A stretch of DNA of 64,000 bases from Octopus bimaculoides (GCF_001194135.2 NC_068993.1:46667743-46731742), one strand, 5' to 3'. Counted from the stretch's first letter, positions 51,527 through 63,042 are shown. Notes: generated by a model from the letters alone, not told the origin. Made by a program: numbers and translations.

Positions 51527-54500
51527 TATGAGTAAAAGACAGGCCATAACAAATATTCTGCTCAATATTGCAGATTTGCTTGTCAGTTCCTTGATCCTTG
51601 GTGGCCGTTGATTTGTGCGTCTCTGAACACGAACAGAAGTAATGAGGGAGCATCACAGCTATGTGTTGAGAGGAATTCTTTGGGGTTTTGAATAATTCAC
51701 CTCTGGAAACATGGATGTTTCATTCAATACCCATAAGCAACCCTTATTCAGAAACCTTTTGAGTGGGATGGGCTACTTTACTTAAAACAAATTCTAACTG
51801 GGCCCCACCTGCAAGGTCTTGTGTTGTTTATCTTGATTTGAGATTACCAAGCCATGCACATATGGTTGTGACGCATGTGCCTGATGTACCCTTATAAAAC
51901 TGGTAGTCATGATGGGTATATTGGACTTCGTATATTTTATTTGTACCCCAGTGTCACTTTGATGGTATGCACTGCTCTCTCACTCAATAATAATTATAAA
52001 GGGAAGATCAAATATATATGTGTGTGTTTAATTGGCAAAAGATGATCATTGCCAGATATAACAAGATCTGTTTCAACACATCAAGAATCCTGCAAAACAA
52101 ATCTATTTTAGCCCTTTAGCTTTCAGATTACTCTGTCAAATATAATGCTTCTTTATTCACATTGCTTTGGAGTAATCGTGGCTTATCTCTTAGCCTTGAA
52201 ATTTCAATGATGTGATTATTTACTTTTAGAATGATATTGTAGGGTAGATGTGAAACGCCTGAATCTGGACAGTTTGAACATAAAACAAGCAGAATATTTG
52301 GGACGGATATGGTCATTTTAAATGCTAAAGGGTTAAATGTTGCTGTGGAACAATATTTACAAGCACACATTCTTTAATGTATATGTGTTTTATATTCTTT
52401 GTTTTTCTTTATTCACAGGTAAACATCGCTGGCGGCACGATCAATGTATGGTGTGTACCGTATGTGGCGAGTGTACAGGCTATGGTGTCAATTGTATTAG
52501 CAGTGGTCGATTTGATCGAAACCCAGGCCTGTAAGAACTTCTTCATTGTTATATCTTTTGCTTTTTTGTTTTATATATTGAAAATATTATTCTCATTTAA
52601 ATTATAACATTTAAATACAAAGAAACAGGGGAAAAAAAAAAGAGAAAGGAAAGGAAAAGAAAAAAGAAAAAAGGGAGTAAAGCAGCAAGATGTGGAGACG
52701 GAGAGGGCAATGGCCATATACCCCAAAACAAATGGTGTGCTTAGCTTGTGTCCTGTGGTAATGACTGTGGCAATGGTGTCCTGTGTCCTGTGGCAATGGT
52801 GTTGCTTCAGGGAATGGTCAGCAACAGCTACTCCACCTTGCACAGCTCATTTTTTCAAAGGGTCGCTGTTATCCTTATTTTGCAGAGGAAATTGGTAGTA
52901 TGGGAATTATGTTGCTTTTGTTGTTACTGCTGTAGTTTAGCTCCAAGTCAACTCTAACTCAGATAGACTTACAACCTAAGACATTACAGCCATGACCATC
53001 CCATCCCATCCCATCCCATCCCATCTGTTTTTGTATATCCAGGACTACATTATCGCATGTCTTCTTCCTATAGTGTCTTTTGAAGGACATTTGGTTGCTA
53101 TGTCTTGCAAATAGCATGACCGTGTCAAAGATTCTTTGTTGTTTTCCTTGTGTGGTTATTTGATGGTAGAATTGGTAAAGCATTGAATAAAACGTCTGGT
53201 TTCTGCATTTGGTTTGCAAGATTCTTGATGTTAACTCGTGTGTTGGGACAGATTTTGTAGCATCTTGGGAGGTGAGGCTGAAAATAACAATGAAAAGGTC
53301 TTTAACACACCTAGCTGATTGATTGATTGACCAAACAATTAAACTGAAAAATAAAAAAAACAAAGAAGTGAAATAGACCCAGTGTGTGTGTGTTAGTTTA
53401 TTATTGGCATAAAGACCCTCGTGAGATACAACAAAAATTGGATGAAAGACTTTTAGGTATTTAATTACATCCTGTTATGTTTTGAGTTCAAATTCTGCTA
53501 GAGTGAACATCATCCTTTTTTGGTGCTGATAAGTACCAATCATTAATTGGGGGTAAATTTGATTGTATCCTTCATCATTACCTCCCTAGACATTACTGTC
53601 CCAGGTCCTAGGACTTGTAGGACCAGTTATTTGGTTCCCATGGTGTATAAGGGACCATGATCACGATATACTCTCTGATGCCAGTCCATCACAGGGTTAC
53701 TCACAGCTGAATGAACTAGAGCAAAGTGTAACGATGTGTATTGCTTAGGAACACAATAGACTGCTTGGTGTGTGAATTGAAACCATGATCTTGCAATTGT
53801 AAGTGCAACATTGTGACCACCAGGCTATATGCCTTCATCTTAGTACCAGTTATTAATTAGGATAAATTTGACTATTTCTATCAAAATTCATGGCCCTCCA
53901 CCTAAGAGGTTGTTGTGGACTGGCAGTAATGTTAGAGCAATAGACGAAACACCTTGCTGTATTTAGCATTGCCCTTTTGTTCTGAGTTCAAATCCTGACT
54001 ACTTCTTTCTCTGTAACTTTCTATCTCTCACTACATCACTTACTCTGTCTGTCTGTCTCTTTCATCTTTTATTTGTTTCAGTGAGTGTAGTGTGGCCATA
54101 CAGGAGCACAACCTTGGCATGTTTCAATCAAACTAATCATCCCCAGTACTTATTTTTGCAAGTCTGGTACCTTTTCTATTAGCCTCATCTCTATGGGGAA
54201 CTGCTAAGTTACAGTGACATAAACAAACCAAAACTGGTTGTCAAGTGGTGTGGAGGTGACAAAGACACACATCTGCACACACACATACACACACATGTAC
54301 GCACACACAACGGGCTTCTACATAGTTTTGCATCTACCAAATTCATTCACAAGGCATTGGTTGGCCTGGGGTTATAGTAGAAGACACTTTCCTTGTGTGT
54401 CCTGAAGTGTGACTGAACTCAAAACTAAGTGGTTGCAAAAGAAGCTTCTTAACCACAAAACCATGCTTTGTGCACCTTCTTTCTCCTCTCTCTTTTTTTC

Positions 54501-57500
54501 CACATCACTTTGTCTCTGTCTCTCTTCTTCTTCTCTGTCACTTTGTATCTCTCTCTCTCTTCCTGCTAGTATCACTTACTTTTGCTATCTGTATATTCCT
54601 TTCTACCCTTTTCTGTCAAACAGACCCTGTGGTTGCGGTGCTGGTGATTCAGGCTGTGCAGAATGTGGTGCATGCAAAAGTTGTGCAGGGGAGAGTGAAA
54701 TATCTGACCAACTGAATGACCGAGGTCTCAAGGACGTCTCCAACAAACCCGACCATCCTGTTTCATACGATCTCATAGCCGGTATGTTGTCACATCTCTT
54801 TATCTGACCTCTGTCTAGCTGTCTTTTGACTCGTATGTCTGTCTCTCTGTTCATATGTCTGTCTGCCTGTCTGTTCATATGCATTTGTCTGTCTGTTCAT
54901 ATGTGCCTGTCTGTTCATGTCTGTCTGTCTGTTCATGTGTGTGTCTGTCTGTCTGTCTGTCTGTTCATGTGTCTGTCTGTTCATGTGTCTGTCTGTTCAT
55001 GTGTCTGTCTGTTCATGTGTCTGTCTGTTCATGTGTCTGTCTGTTCATGTGTCTGTCTGTTCNNNNNNNNNNNNNNNNNNNNNNNNNNNNNNNNNNNNNN
55101 NNNNNNNNNNNNNNNNNNNNNNNNNNNNNNNNNNNNNNNNNNNNNNNNNNNNNNNNNNNNNNNNNNNNNNNNNNNNNNNNNNNNNNNNNNNNNNNNNNNN
55201 NNNNNNNNNNNNNNNNNNNNNNNNNNNNNNNNNNNNNNNNNNNNNNNNNNNNNNNNNNNNNNNNNNNNNNNNNNNNNNNNNNNNNNNNNNNNNNNNNNNN
55301 NNNNNNNNNNNNNNNNNNNNNNNNNNNNNNNNNNNNNNNNNNNNNNNNNNNNNNNNNNNNNNNNNNNNNNNNNNNNNNNNNNNNNNNNNNNNNNNNNNNN
55401 NNNNNNNNNNNNNNNNNNNNNNNNNNNNNNNNNNNNNNNNNNNNNNNNNNNNNNNNNNNNNNNNNNNNNNNNNNNNNNNNNNNNNNNNNNNNNNNNNNNN
55501 NNNNNNNNNNNNNNNNNNNNNNNNNNNNNNNNNNNNNNNNNNNNNNNNNNNNNNNNNNNNNNNNNNNNNNNNNNNNNNNNNNNNNNNNNNNNNNNNNNNN
55601 NNNNNNNNNNNNNNNNNNNNNNNNNNNNGTCTGTCTGTCTGTTCATACGTCTGTCTGTCTGTTCATACGTCTGTCTGTCTGTTCATACGTCTGTCTGTCT
55701 GTTCATACGTCTGTCTGTCTGTTCATACGTCTGTCTGTCTGTTCATACGTCTGTCTGTCTATCTGTTCATATGTGTCTGCCTGTTCATATATCTTTCTGG
55801 TCATACATATGTTTCTCAAGCTGTTCATACATCTGTCTATCTGTTCATACATCTGTTTTTCTGTTCATATACCTGCCTGTCTGTCCATATGTCTGTCTGT
55901 TCATCTGTCTGTCTCTCCATCTCTGTCTCTTTCTGTATGTTTGTCTATGTGTCTCTGCAAATATGTCTTTGTGTTAAGTGTCCTAGTATCTGTCAATACA
56001 TTTTTGCATGTACCAGTGTATCTCTCTATCCATCTATATATCTACTTCTGTCTCTGAGTCAGACCCTTTGTCTAATTATTATTCTTTTTGTTTCTATATA
56101 AAGTACTATTTTTTCATAATCTATATTTTTACATACTGTTTACACACACACACACACACATACATCATGAATTGAGTTTCAATGGCATTGATCTCTTGGA
56201 AGACTTGCAAAAGTCCTGGGAACTATCCCTGGCTAACTTAAAAAATTAAATATGCACTCATGCTTACACAAACACATGCACACAAAAACATACACGCAAA
56301 AGCACAAATGTGTGCACATACATGCACACAAATGTGCACGCACACACACCGATACTCCTACAAACACACTCTAGACTTGTAGCTCATGAGTGAGAATGAC
56401 TTATTGGCAGGTACCATCCTTTTCCTAATTGGTTATGGTGCCTATGCAACCATGTGCAGACACATCCTCTTGTCCCTCTTACTTTTGACTTGGCAGGATA
56501 TTGAGGGTGTCACAGCAAGAGAGAAATCAATCTGCACCAGTACTTGGCTGATACATATTTTCAGCTGAACAGACTTGACTTGAGCAAGGCAAAATGTAGT
56601 GCCTTGTTCAAGAACACATTGCACTGTCCGGATATGGAACCAAACCCTTGACCTTATTATTACAATCCCAATAATCTTAATGTCTAGGCCATGCACCTTT
56701 CCACTATTATAATATCAACACAATTGCATTTTTATGTGTTGTTGTAACTTCTTGTTAGTGATATGATTATCTTTTCATTCATTCTTCATTTCATTGTAAT
56801 CATTTTTTTTCTTTGTCTGTTCAGGAGGACGTCCCGGTGTGAAACCTCTCGAGCAGATTGGAAAACGAATTGAGAAAGTTGAGCGTGTTCCAAAGTCAAA
56901 AAGCAAAGGAATGAAGCAGATCAAATTTCGAGGTAAACTGTTGTGATTACTTACTGTTGGAAGGAGAGGTATAGAATCTCCCCTCACCCTGCCAGCTTTC
57001 TTTGACTGCCAATTTAGGGTTTGTTGTTGTCGAGCTCTGGTATTCCAGCTGTTTTGAGAAAAAAATACTGCTAATCTTCATCAGACATTTATACTTTGTC
57101 ATACATGCTCTTTCACATTTCACATCCAGCAGAGCATGTGGGTAATCTTTTTATTTAACCACAAGCATCTGTATGAACTATATTCAATAATTGGATTATA
57201 TAGGTTGTTAAGTCTCTTCCTGGGTAGGAAGGAGTTTGTTTATTGCAAATAGTTTTTTTTTTCCATGGAAGGAACTGAATTTATCACTGCTGACAAACTA
57301 AAGAAACATTTAGCAGTTCTACAGTGCTACCACTGTTTATGGGAATGAGTGAGAATGAGTGATGCCACTCATCACTCATGTAGTGAGAGCTGAGTGACAG
57401 GATTTTTATTATTCACTGACCTCACTTTTACTCAGCATGTTGAATAAGATGCTTGAGAAATTACTGAAATTCATAACTTACTGGAAGAGGTTCAACTCAA

Positions 57501-59687
57501 CTCCAAAAAAAAAAACAAAAAAAAACTCCAGCTTACTGTAAAGGATGGATTACCAAAATATAGAATTTCAGCATGCTTTATTCACATTATCATGGTTAAA
57601 GAAGATATATAAAAAAAATATTCTCTCATTTCTTTTTATCCTTTTGCAGGTGAAGTTGATGAGCTAGAAACCGACTATTCAAAAATGGTTAGTCTTCCAC
57701 CTGCTGAAATTCTGGTTGGTGACGGTGATATTCCAGTCACACAGGTGTCTTGTGGACAGCATCACACAGGTTAGTGGTTTAATATCTATTTAACATAATT
57801 ATTGATAATGTGAAGTTTTACATAACGTACTTCAGGTAAAAAAAAAACAAACAAACAAAAAAAAACTAGTTGTTGTTGTTTAACTTCAGGTCCGACCTAA
57901 ACAAACAGACTTATGATCAAAAGTGTTCAAAATGTGACAGTCGCATCTTTTATCTTTTGTGTGTCTCAGAGGAGACTATACTGTTCAAAATATCTTTTTT
58001 TATTTTGCCTATTTTTTAAGCCACAGTAGGACATGATTAGAAATAGATAGATCATCGTCATCATTTAACATCCGTCTTCCATGCTTTCTTAGGTTGGTTG
58101 GTTGGTTAGACAAGAGCTTGTAAAGCAAAGGATTGTGCCATATTCCACTGTTTACTTTAGTATGGCTTTTACAGCTGGATGCCTTTCCTAACACCAACCA
58201 CTTTGGCTTCTATTTCTAGCATGGTAAATGGTTATGCCACAACTCCTCCCTTGGCTTCAAACTGAAAGTAACGATGGTGGTCTTTTGCTAAATCAATTTC
58301 GGGTCTAAAACCCTTGAGAAAAAGTATATTTTAGTTGTTAAATCATCTTTTTTTTTGTAAGATTAATGGGCTGATATCCACACATTTGAAGACAGTGAGT
58401 AGTAGGTGTGTTCTCTCTGACTGCACTGAAGCTGGATGGGACCTAACCTAATTTGTGTGTGTATGATCATCATCAGTGTTCACTTTTCCATGCTTTCATG
58501 GGTCAAATGGATTTTTATTGAGGCAGATTTTTTTCTATGGCCAGATGGCCCATTGTCAAACCTCACCTGTTTTCAGGAAAGGTAATGTATTATTTCCCCA
58601 TAACCAAACATGTTTTTCACCGAAGACTGGAAACAAACGGCACCACTTGTTCAACAGTGATGATTGTTTACAAGCATCCAGCGGTATTGAACCTGAGACC
58701 ACATGGTTAGAAATCCGGCTTGTTAACCGCACAGCTATACCTGTGCTTCACAGCCATACAGCTTTGCAATCTTGAACACTTCACGCTCCCTATGCTCTTG
58801 CTGTAGAACATTGGTAAACTCCTTACATAAGAGTTTCTTTCATAATTAAGTATACCAGATGTCTATTTTCTCTTCTAATAACCTGGTATTTGCTTCTTGT
58901 TGTGCATTTACATTTTTTCCTAGGCTGCCTGTTAGCTGTTTGAGCTGTATGTATTGTACCATTCCACCATCATGTCACCTTCCATTTTGCTGGTTCTTTG
59001 CTCCAGTTTCAGATCTGATTTATGGCTGTCAGCTGTCACATAGAAACTCTTTGTAGATACCTATGTTATAGGTGTCTACCTCTTCCTTCTCCGCATAGAC
59101 ATGACCTAGGTCCTTTTTGAACCCATGTTGAGCAGAAGGGTCTATGAGTTTCCAGCAATTTTCTGTTGTTGTTCTTTCACTCTATATCATTACTTATAAA
59201 ATAGACTTATTTAGTCATAGATTTTTTTAGTCATGAACAGTGCGTCTTTTATTTTTTCAGCTATGGTGTATCTAGGATTACATCATCTAATGTGTCCATC
59301 CTTGAGGCTGTAAGGTGTATTTTGAAAGAAATTTAGTTATTTTTATCAGAAGATATCAAATATTTTCTTTGTATATGTTTGGGAAGAGGTTTAAAGTGAT
59401 GTTGCTATCATTTGGTAGGGTCAGTTTTTATATGAACATATTAAAATTCTTTCTTCCCGCTTACTACTACTACTACTACTATTGTTAAAACTATGTTTTG
59501 TATTGCATCTTCAGTGGTACTTCTACAGAATGGTGATGTGTATACTTTTGGTAGCAACCAATACGGTCAACTTGGTGTTGGAGATGTTGCTGTACGGTAA
59601 GGGACATTTTTATTAAACTCTCTCTCTCTCTCTCTCTTTCATTCACTCTTTATATATGGCTTGTATACATCACTACACACACACACG

Positions 59688-59733
<46 letters not shown>

Positions 59734-62145
59734 TACATACATATACACATACTAGACTCTCTTCATTGGGCATTTTTATGTTTTTTTTTTAATTAATTAA
59801 TGAAATTTATCCTCAATTTGAAATGGTGTATCATATTGTTACAGAGGTGTACCTACCAAAGTCCTGTTGCCGATATCAGCTGTCCAAGTGGCAGCTGGAA
59901 GCAGTCATACAGTGATATTACTAGCAAATGGCCAAGTGTACACATGTGGCAGTTATCAGGTGAGTTAATACATCTACTTATCATCATCATCATCATCATC
60001 ACCACCACTTCCACCACCACCTCGATTTCTGTTGCCAAATTTGTGCTGGTGACACATGAAATTTCTTCGAGCGAGATCGTTGCCGGTGCCCCTGAACTGG
60101 CTCTTGTGTGGGGTTGTTGTGGGATTTTCGAGCGGGATCGTTGCTGGTACCCCTGGACTGGCTCTTGTGCGGGTGACACATGAGGTTTCTCGAGCGAGAT
60201 GAGCGTGGCCGTTGCCAGTACCGCCTGACTGGCCTTCGTACGGGTGACATGTAAAAGCACCCACTACACTCTCTGAGTGGTTGGCATTAGGAAGGGCATC
60301 CAGCTGTCGAAACTCTGCCAAATCAGATTGGAGCCTGGTGTAGCCATCTGGTTTCACCAGTCCTCAGTCAAATCGTCCAACCCATGCTAGCATGGAAAGC
60401 GGACGTTAAACGACGACGACGACGACGACGATTGTTTAAATTTATTGTAAAGTGGCTGACACTAAGTTGTGCATCTAGCCACGGAGAACGTGTCAAGAGA
60501 GAGAAGGGAAGTGACTTGGACTCCTTCAGGAACCCATCTAAAAGAGGAGTGTTTCCACTAACACTGGGCAGTGGAGACATTAATATTGGCATAGAGATTC
60601 TCTAATGCTGGTGGGATGATAAATGCACCACATCTATGCTACAAAATTGTTGGTAGTGAGAAAGGCATCTAGCCATAAAAGACCGTGGCATATACAACAG
60701 AGTATTGTAGTTCTGTGTTTGTCAGATATCCTGAAGTGCTGCATATCCAACCGATGTCAACGTAAAAATACAGACATAAACTTATGGTGAAGTGCTAGAA
60801 ATGGTGGTACTAAACCAAATGGTTTACACAATTTAATTCTAGCCCTTAATCTGGCTTTTTATGTTCTGAGTTCAAATTGTAGTGAGATCAACTTTACCTT
60901 TCATATATTTGGTGCTCCATAAAATAAGTACCAGTGAAGTACTGGAGTTGATGTAGTCAACTACCCCTCCTAAATTTGCTCGCCTTGTGCCATAATTTGA
61001 AAGTCATTGTTTTTAAGGGCAATGTTACATCCATTTATTTAGTTACATCCATTTATGCATGGAATTCAACTCCTGATAAGTACTAATCTGAATATTGGGA
61101 TTCATTTAACTAGCTTTTATATCTTCCAGATTGGTCAGGTCTTGTGCCAATCAGCAGTAAGAAGCTCTAGGAAGAGGTGAAATGCTGAAGGTCTTTAGAG
61201 AAGAAGCACTCCACTTCTGTCCCTCATGCAAGTGTTTTGGTCCTTAACTCCTTACACTCTAAGGGGGCCAGGCTGCATCCTGGTCATGACTTTTAGATAT
61301 ACCTATATTGCCACACTCTGTGCTACTATCTGTATTGCAGCCCTCTTGAATGCTTAAGGTGTGCCAGAGCCAAGGTACCTTGGGTGTTGTAACTAGTTCA
61401 ATCAAAGACACCAGTTGACTGTAGGGTAAATTATACCTTTTGAAACTCATTTCCATCCCTCCTTGGCTGGATCCTGTTGGAACTCTACTCAGCTGCTTCT
61501 GCCATTGCCTTAAGAGCTTTGATTCTCTTCTGGAAATTGAGAACTGTTTCACAAGATTATAGCTAGGTTTGCTCATAAACCCTTAGGGTTGATGCATTTT
61601 TTATCTGTCTTCCAGCTTGGTGAGGTCTTACGCCAATCAAAAATAACCATTTCCTTGGTTTATTCTAAATTTATATTTTCTTTCTTTTCTGGTTTATTTT
61701 TTTCAGAAAGGAGCTTTAGGTCGTGTATGTCCTGAAGATGGTGGAGTGAAGGATAAGAGCCATCCTTGGTATACAGTTCCTGGACCTGTTCCTGGCATTG
61801 GTTGGTTCTCTTGCTTTCTTCTTTCTTTCTTGTGTTCATCAAAAGCAAAAATAAAAAAAATAGTTTCTAAATGCTTCAAATAAAGAATTTGTGCAAAATC
61901 TTTTATCTTTTACTTGTTTCAGTCATTAGGCTGTGACCATACTGGGGCATCGCCTTGACGAACATTAGTCAAATGAATTGACCTCAGTCATTTTTTTAAA
62001 ACCTGGTACTTATTCTGTTGGTCCCTTTAGTTGAACCACTAAGTTATGGGGAGATAAACACAACACTTGGTGTTGAGTGGTGGTAGGGGACAAACACAGT
62101 CACAAAGACACAGGCAATATACATGACAGGCTGAAAGAAACCTGT

Positions 62146-62226
<81 letters not shown>

Positions 62227-62229
62227 ATG

Positions 62230-62263
<34 letters not shown>

Positions 62264-63042
62264 TATATATATATATGTTAGAGGCAATACTTGACAATTG
62301 TAAGCACCTGTGTATGCCAGCTCGTGGTTGAGGTGAAAGAATGAATTGTAAATGCAAAAAATAAAAACAAAAACACAAAGGATTCTGCGGTACACGTGTT
62401 TCAAGCTTTACACACATACACACATGTGTGTATGTGTCTTTGGCCCTACATTTGTCCCCCACTACTGCTTGGTAACTGGTGTTGGTTTGTTTACATCCCT
62501 GTAACCTAGTGGTTCAGCAAAAAGAGAGCGATGGAATACATACAAGGCTTAAGAAAAAAGAAATGTACTGAGGTTGATTCATTTGACTAAAAGTTCTTCA
62601 AGATGGTGCCCCAACATGGTTGCAGTTTATTGACAGAGACAGATAAAAGATATATTTAACTTTACTATGAAAGCAGACTCTGCTCTTTAACCACTAGGCT
62701 CTCAATAAGTTGGAATGAAAATCCAACCAACTAGTGTGTTCAGTCTTCATTCAGACTTGCTGGGAGACTCACTTTTACTTTGTGGCATTACTGTACATGA
62801 TAACATTTATAAACACTAAGAGATGTGTATGTATATGTGTGTATATATATATATGTATGAATTCACTTAAAGTATTAAGACAAAATTCTTTTCTTCTGCT
62901 TGTGTTGCAGGTGCTCGATACGGTCGCCGTTCCACTTGGATTGGTGCCAGTGGTGATCAGACGTACATGAGAATTGATGAATCTTTGATCAATGCTCACA
63001 CACTCACTAGCTGTAACATCTTTGCCAACCAATCTTGTATTG
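31966..63042 (+). CDS. MYCBP2: E3 ubiquitin-protein ligase MYCBP2/Highwire/RPM-1 (PHR family), partial gene model of 22 coding exons, 5' and 3' incomplete
   Basis: The exons join in one open frame (2812 nt) with GT-AG ends. The peptide matches remembered MYCBP2 blocks in order: [147 protein letters not shown]. Confidence 0.97.
32230..32880. repeat. Minisatellite GTCGATGGTTGTCTTT(GT)n, spanning a gap
   Basis: Unit repeated on both sides of the N run, decaying into TGGTTGCCTGTGCGCATGTGTC units. Confidence 0.9.
33323..33476 (+). CDS. MYCBP2: MYCBP2 exon ([24 protein letters not shown]...EPAEVL)
   Basis: ttcaatttcag| ... G|gttaac; 154 nt; phase 0/1. Confidence 0.95.
34505..34707 (+). CDS. MYCBP2: MYCBP2 exon ([13 protein letters not shown]...[12 protein letters not shown]...GQTIP)
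   Basis: ctgtttccag| ... CCG|gtgagt; 203 nt; phase 1/0. Confidence 0.95.
35544..35694 (+). CDS. MYCBP2: MYCBP2 exon ([19 protein letters not shown]...SRQKIS)
   Basis: tcctttgcag| ... G|gtaagt; 151 nt; phase 0/1. Confidence 0.95.
35745..36881 (-). mobile_element. Second DD37D (maT) relic, 3'-truncated, in the MYCBP2 intron after exon 35544-35694
   Basis: 5' TIR TA|CAGGGGGTGATGGGTAAATTGTCAC. Same transposase as 7967-9168. The DSAP...[11 protein letters not shown](D) stretch gives 37 residues between the second and third catalytic D after correcting one 1-nt deletion. Confidence 0.9.
37473..37565. repeat. Degenerate 15-bp tandem repeat (GTGACCATCCC...)
   Basis: About six copies of TGACCATCC-like units. 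Confidence 0.7.
37904..38004 (+). CDS. MYCBP2: MYCBP2 exon ([34 protein letters not shown])
   Basis: gtttatttcag| ... AAG|gtgagg; 101 nt; phase 1/0. Confidence 0.95.
38457..38673. mobile_element. mariner-type MITE (about 217 bp) with TA target duplication
   Basis: TA|AAGGGGTGCTGAAAAGTTCCTGG ... CCAGGAATTTTCCAACACACCCCTG|TA imperfect TIRs. Confidence 0.75.
39157..39219 (+). CDS. MYCBP2: MYCBP2 exon ([21 protein letters not shown])
   Basis: cactttacag| ... GGG|gtaagt; 63 nt; phase 0/0. Confidence 0.93.
40839..40935 (+). CDS. MYCBP2: MYCBP2 exon ([32 protein letters not shown])
   Basis: ttctttttacag| ... G|gttagt; 97 nt; phase 0/1. Confidence 0.9.
41075..41403 (+). mobile_element. SINE family D (tRNA head with GAGTTCGATTCCC, then GTGTTCTTGAG.AAG.CACTTT). 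Copies at 18310-18582 (+) and 43586-43890 (-)
   Basis: Three copies align over about 300 nt. Confidence 0.85.
41919..41989 (+). CDS. MYCBP2: MYCBP2 exon ([24 protein letters not shown])
   Basis: tatcttttcag| ... GAT|gtaaat; 71 nt; phase 1/0. Confidence 0.93.
42603..42744 (+). CDS. MYCBP2: MYCBP2 exon ([10 protein letters not shown]...[12 protein letters not shown]...RHSI)
   Basis: tattctgtcag| ... A|gtaagt; 142 nt; phase 0/1. Confidence 0.95.
43358..43434 (+). CDS. MYCBP2: MYCBP2 exon ([26 protein letters not shown])
   Basis: ccaattgtccag| ... AAG|gtaagt; 77 nt; phase 1/0. Confidence 0.95.
44613..45050 (+). mobile_element. 5'-truncated RTE-clade LINE 3' end in a MYCBP2 intron
   Basis: [65 protein letters not shown]. 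Confidence 0.88.
45174..45384 (+). CDS. MYCBP2: MYCBP2 exon, RCC1-like domain ([17 protein letters not shown]...[10 protein letters not shown])
   Basis: ctttgaccag| ... G|gtaagt; 211 nt; phase 0/1. Confidence 0.97.
46536..46703 (+). CDS. MYCBP2: MYCBP2 exon ([14 protein letters not shown]...ACNNGSS...DHAS)
   Basis: tttcattccag| ... G|gtcagt; 168 nt; phase 1/1. Confidence 0.96.
48539..48694 (+). CDS. MYCBP2: MYCBP2 exon, RCC1 repeat (GHVTDLK...GKAHT...[17 protein letters not shown])
   Basis: tattttgcag| ... G|gtcagt; 156 nt; phase 1/1. Confidence 0.96.
48868..49057. repeat. Fold-back repeat with a hammerhead-like core (CTGAAGA-GGTCA..TG-[G/A]AAA) in each arm
   Basis: Arms about 48871-48932 and 48997-49057 are reverse complements; CTGAAGA at 49004-49010 (+) and 48918-48924 (-). 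Confidence 0.7.
49318..49386 (+). CDS. MYCBP2: MYCBP2 exon ([23 protein letters not shown])
   Basis: ttgtttttag| ... G|gtatct; 69 nt; phase 1/1. Confidence 0.92.
49663..49885 (-). mobile_element. mariner transposase 5' fragment ([22 protein letters not shown]), cut by (TG)n; upstream end lies in the gap
   Basis: The N-terminus matches the typical mariner KEEQR.VI.FLW helix-turn-helix start. Confidence 0.65.
50759..51300 (-). mobile_element. 5'-truncated L1/Tx1-type LINE 3' end with AATAAA and (ATT)n tail
   Basis: [20 protein letters not shown], frameshift, [31 protein letters not shown]; AATAAA on the minus strand at 50807-50812; tail 50759-50803. Confidence 0.75.
52419..52530 (+). CDS. MYCBP2: MYCBP2 exon, Cys-rich insert ([23 protein letters not shown]...RNPG)
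   Basis: ttattcacag| ... CT|gtaaga; 112 nt; phase 1/2. Confidence 0.97.
54624..54781 (+). CDS. MYCBP2: MYCBP2 exon, Cys-rich insert ([21 protein letters not shown]...YDLIA)
   Basis: ctgtcaaacag| ... G|gtatgt; 158 nt; phase 2/1. Confidence 0.96.
54830..55900. repeat. Minisatellite TCTGTCTGTTCAT(G/A)(T/C)G, 16-20 bp unit, spanning a gap
   Basis: Direct tandem repeats on both sides of the 566-nt N run. Confidence 0.9.
56825..56932 (+). CDS. MYCBP2: MYCBP2 exon, basic linker ([18 protein letters not shown]...QIKFR)
   Basis: ctttgtctgttcag| ... G|gtaaac; 108 nt; phase 1/1. Poorly conserved sequence but the frame is compatible. Confidence 0.8.
57650..57769 (+). CDS. MYCBP2: MYCBP2 exon ([18 protein letters not shown]...VSCGQHHT)
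   Basis: ccttttgcag| ... G|gttagt; 120 nt; phase 1/1. Confidence 0.94.
59515..59596 (+). CDS. MYCBP2: MYCBP2 exon, RCC1 repeat ([27 protein letters not shown])
   Basis: gcatcttcag| ... CG|gtaagg; 82 nt; phase 1/2. Confidence 0.96.
59845..59959 (+). CDS. MYCBP2: MYCBP2 exon, RCC1 repeat (RGVPTKV...[23 protein letters not shown])
   Basis: attgttacag| ... CAG|gtgagt; 115 nt; phase 2/0. Confidence 0.96.
60035..60428 (+). mobile_element. SINE family B with RTE-like 3' tail (..CATGCTAGCATGGAAAGCGGACGTTAAA(CGA/TGA)n) and internal tandem repeats
   Basis: Related copies at about 7150-7375, 27100-27300 (+) and 7510-7750, 19975-20160, 27762-28110, 33982-34300, 38270-38430, 38920-39005, 39625-39806, 47335-47470, 58050-58200, 58470-58680 (-). 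Confidence 0.8.
61440..61600 (-). mobile_element. Degenerate 3' end of a possible RLE-type (R2/NeSL-like) non-LTR element
   Basis: [34 protein letters not shown] resembles the AE(A)AERAS.W.W..R C-terminus; heavily mutated. Confidence 0.35.
61707..61800 (+). CDS. MYCBP2: MYCBP2 exon ([31 protein letters not shown])
   Basis: atttttttcag| ... G|gttggt; 94 nt; phase 0/1. Confidence 0.92.
62911..63042 (+). CDS. MYCBP2: MYCBP2 exon ([30 protein letters not shown]...QSCI)
   Basis: tgtgttgcag| ... G|gtgagt; 132 nt; phase 1/1. Confidence 0.97.
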
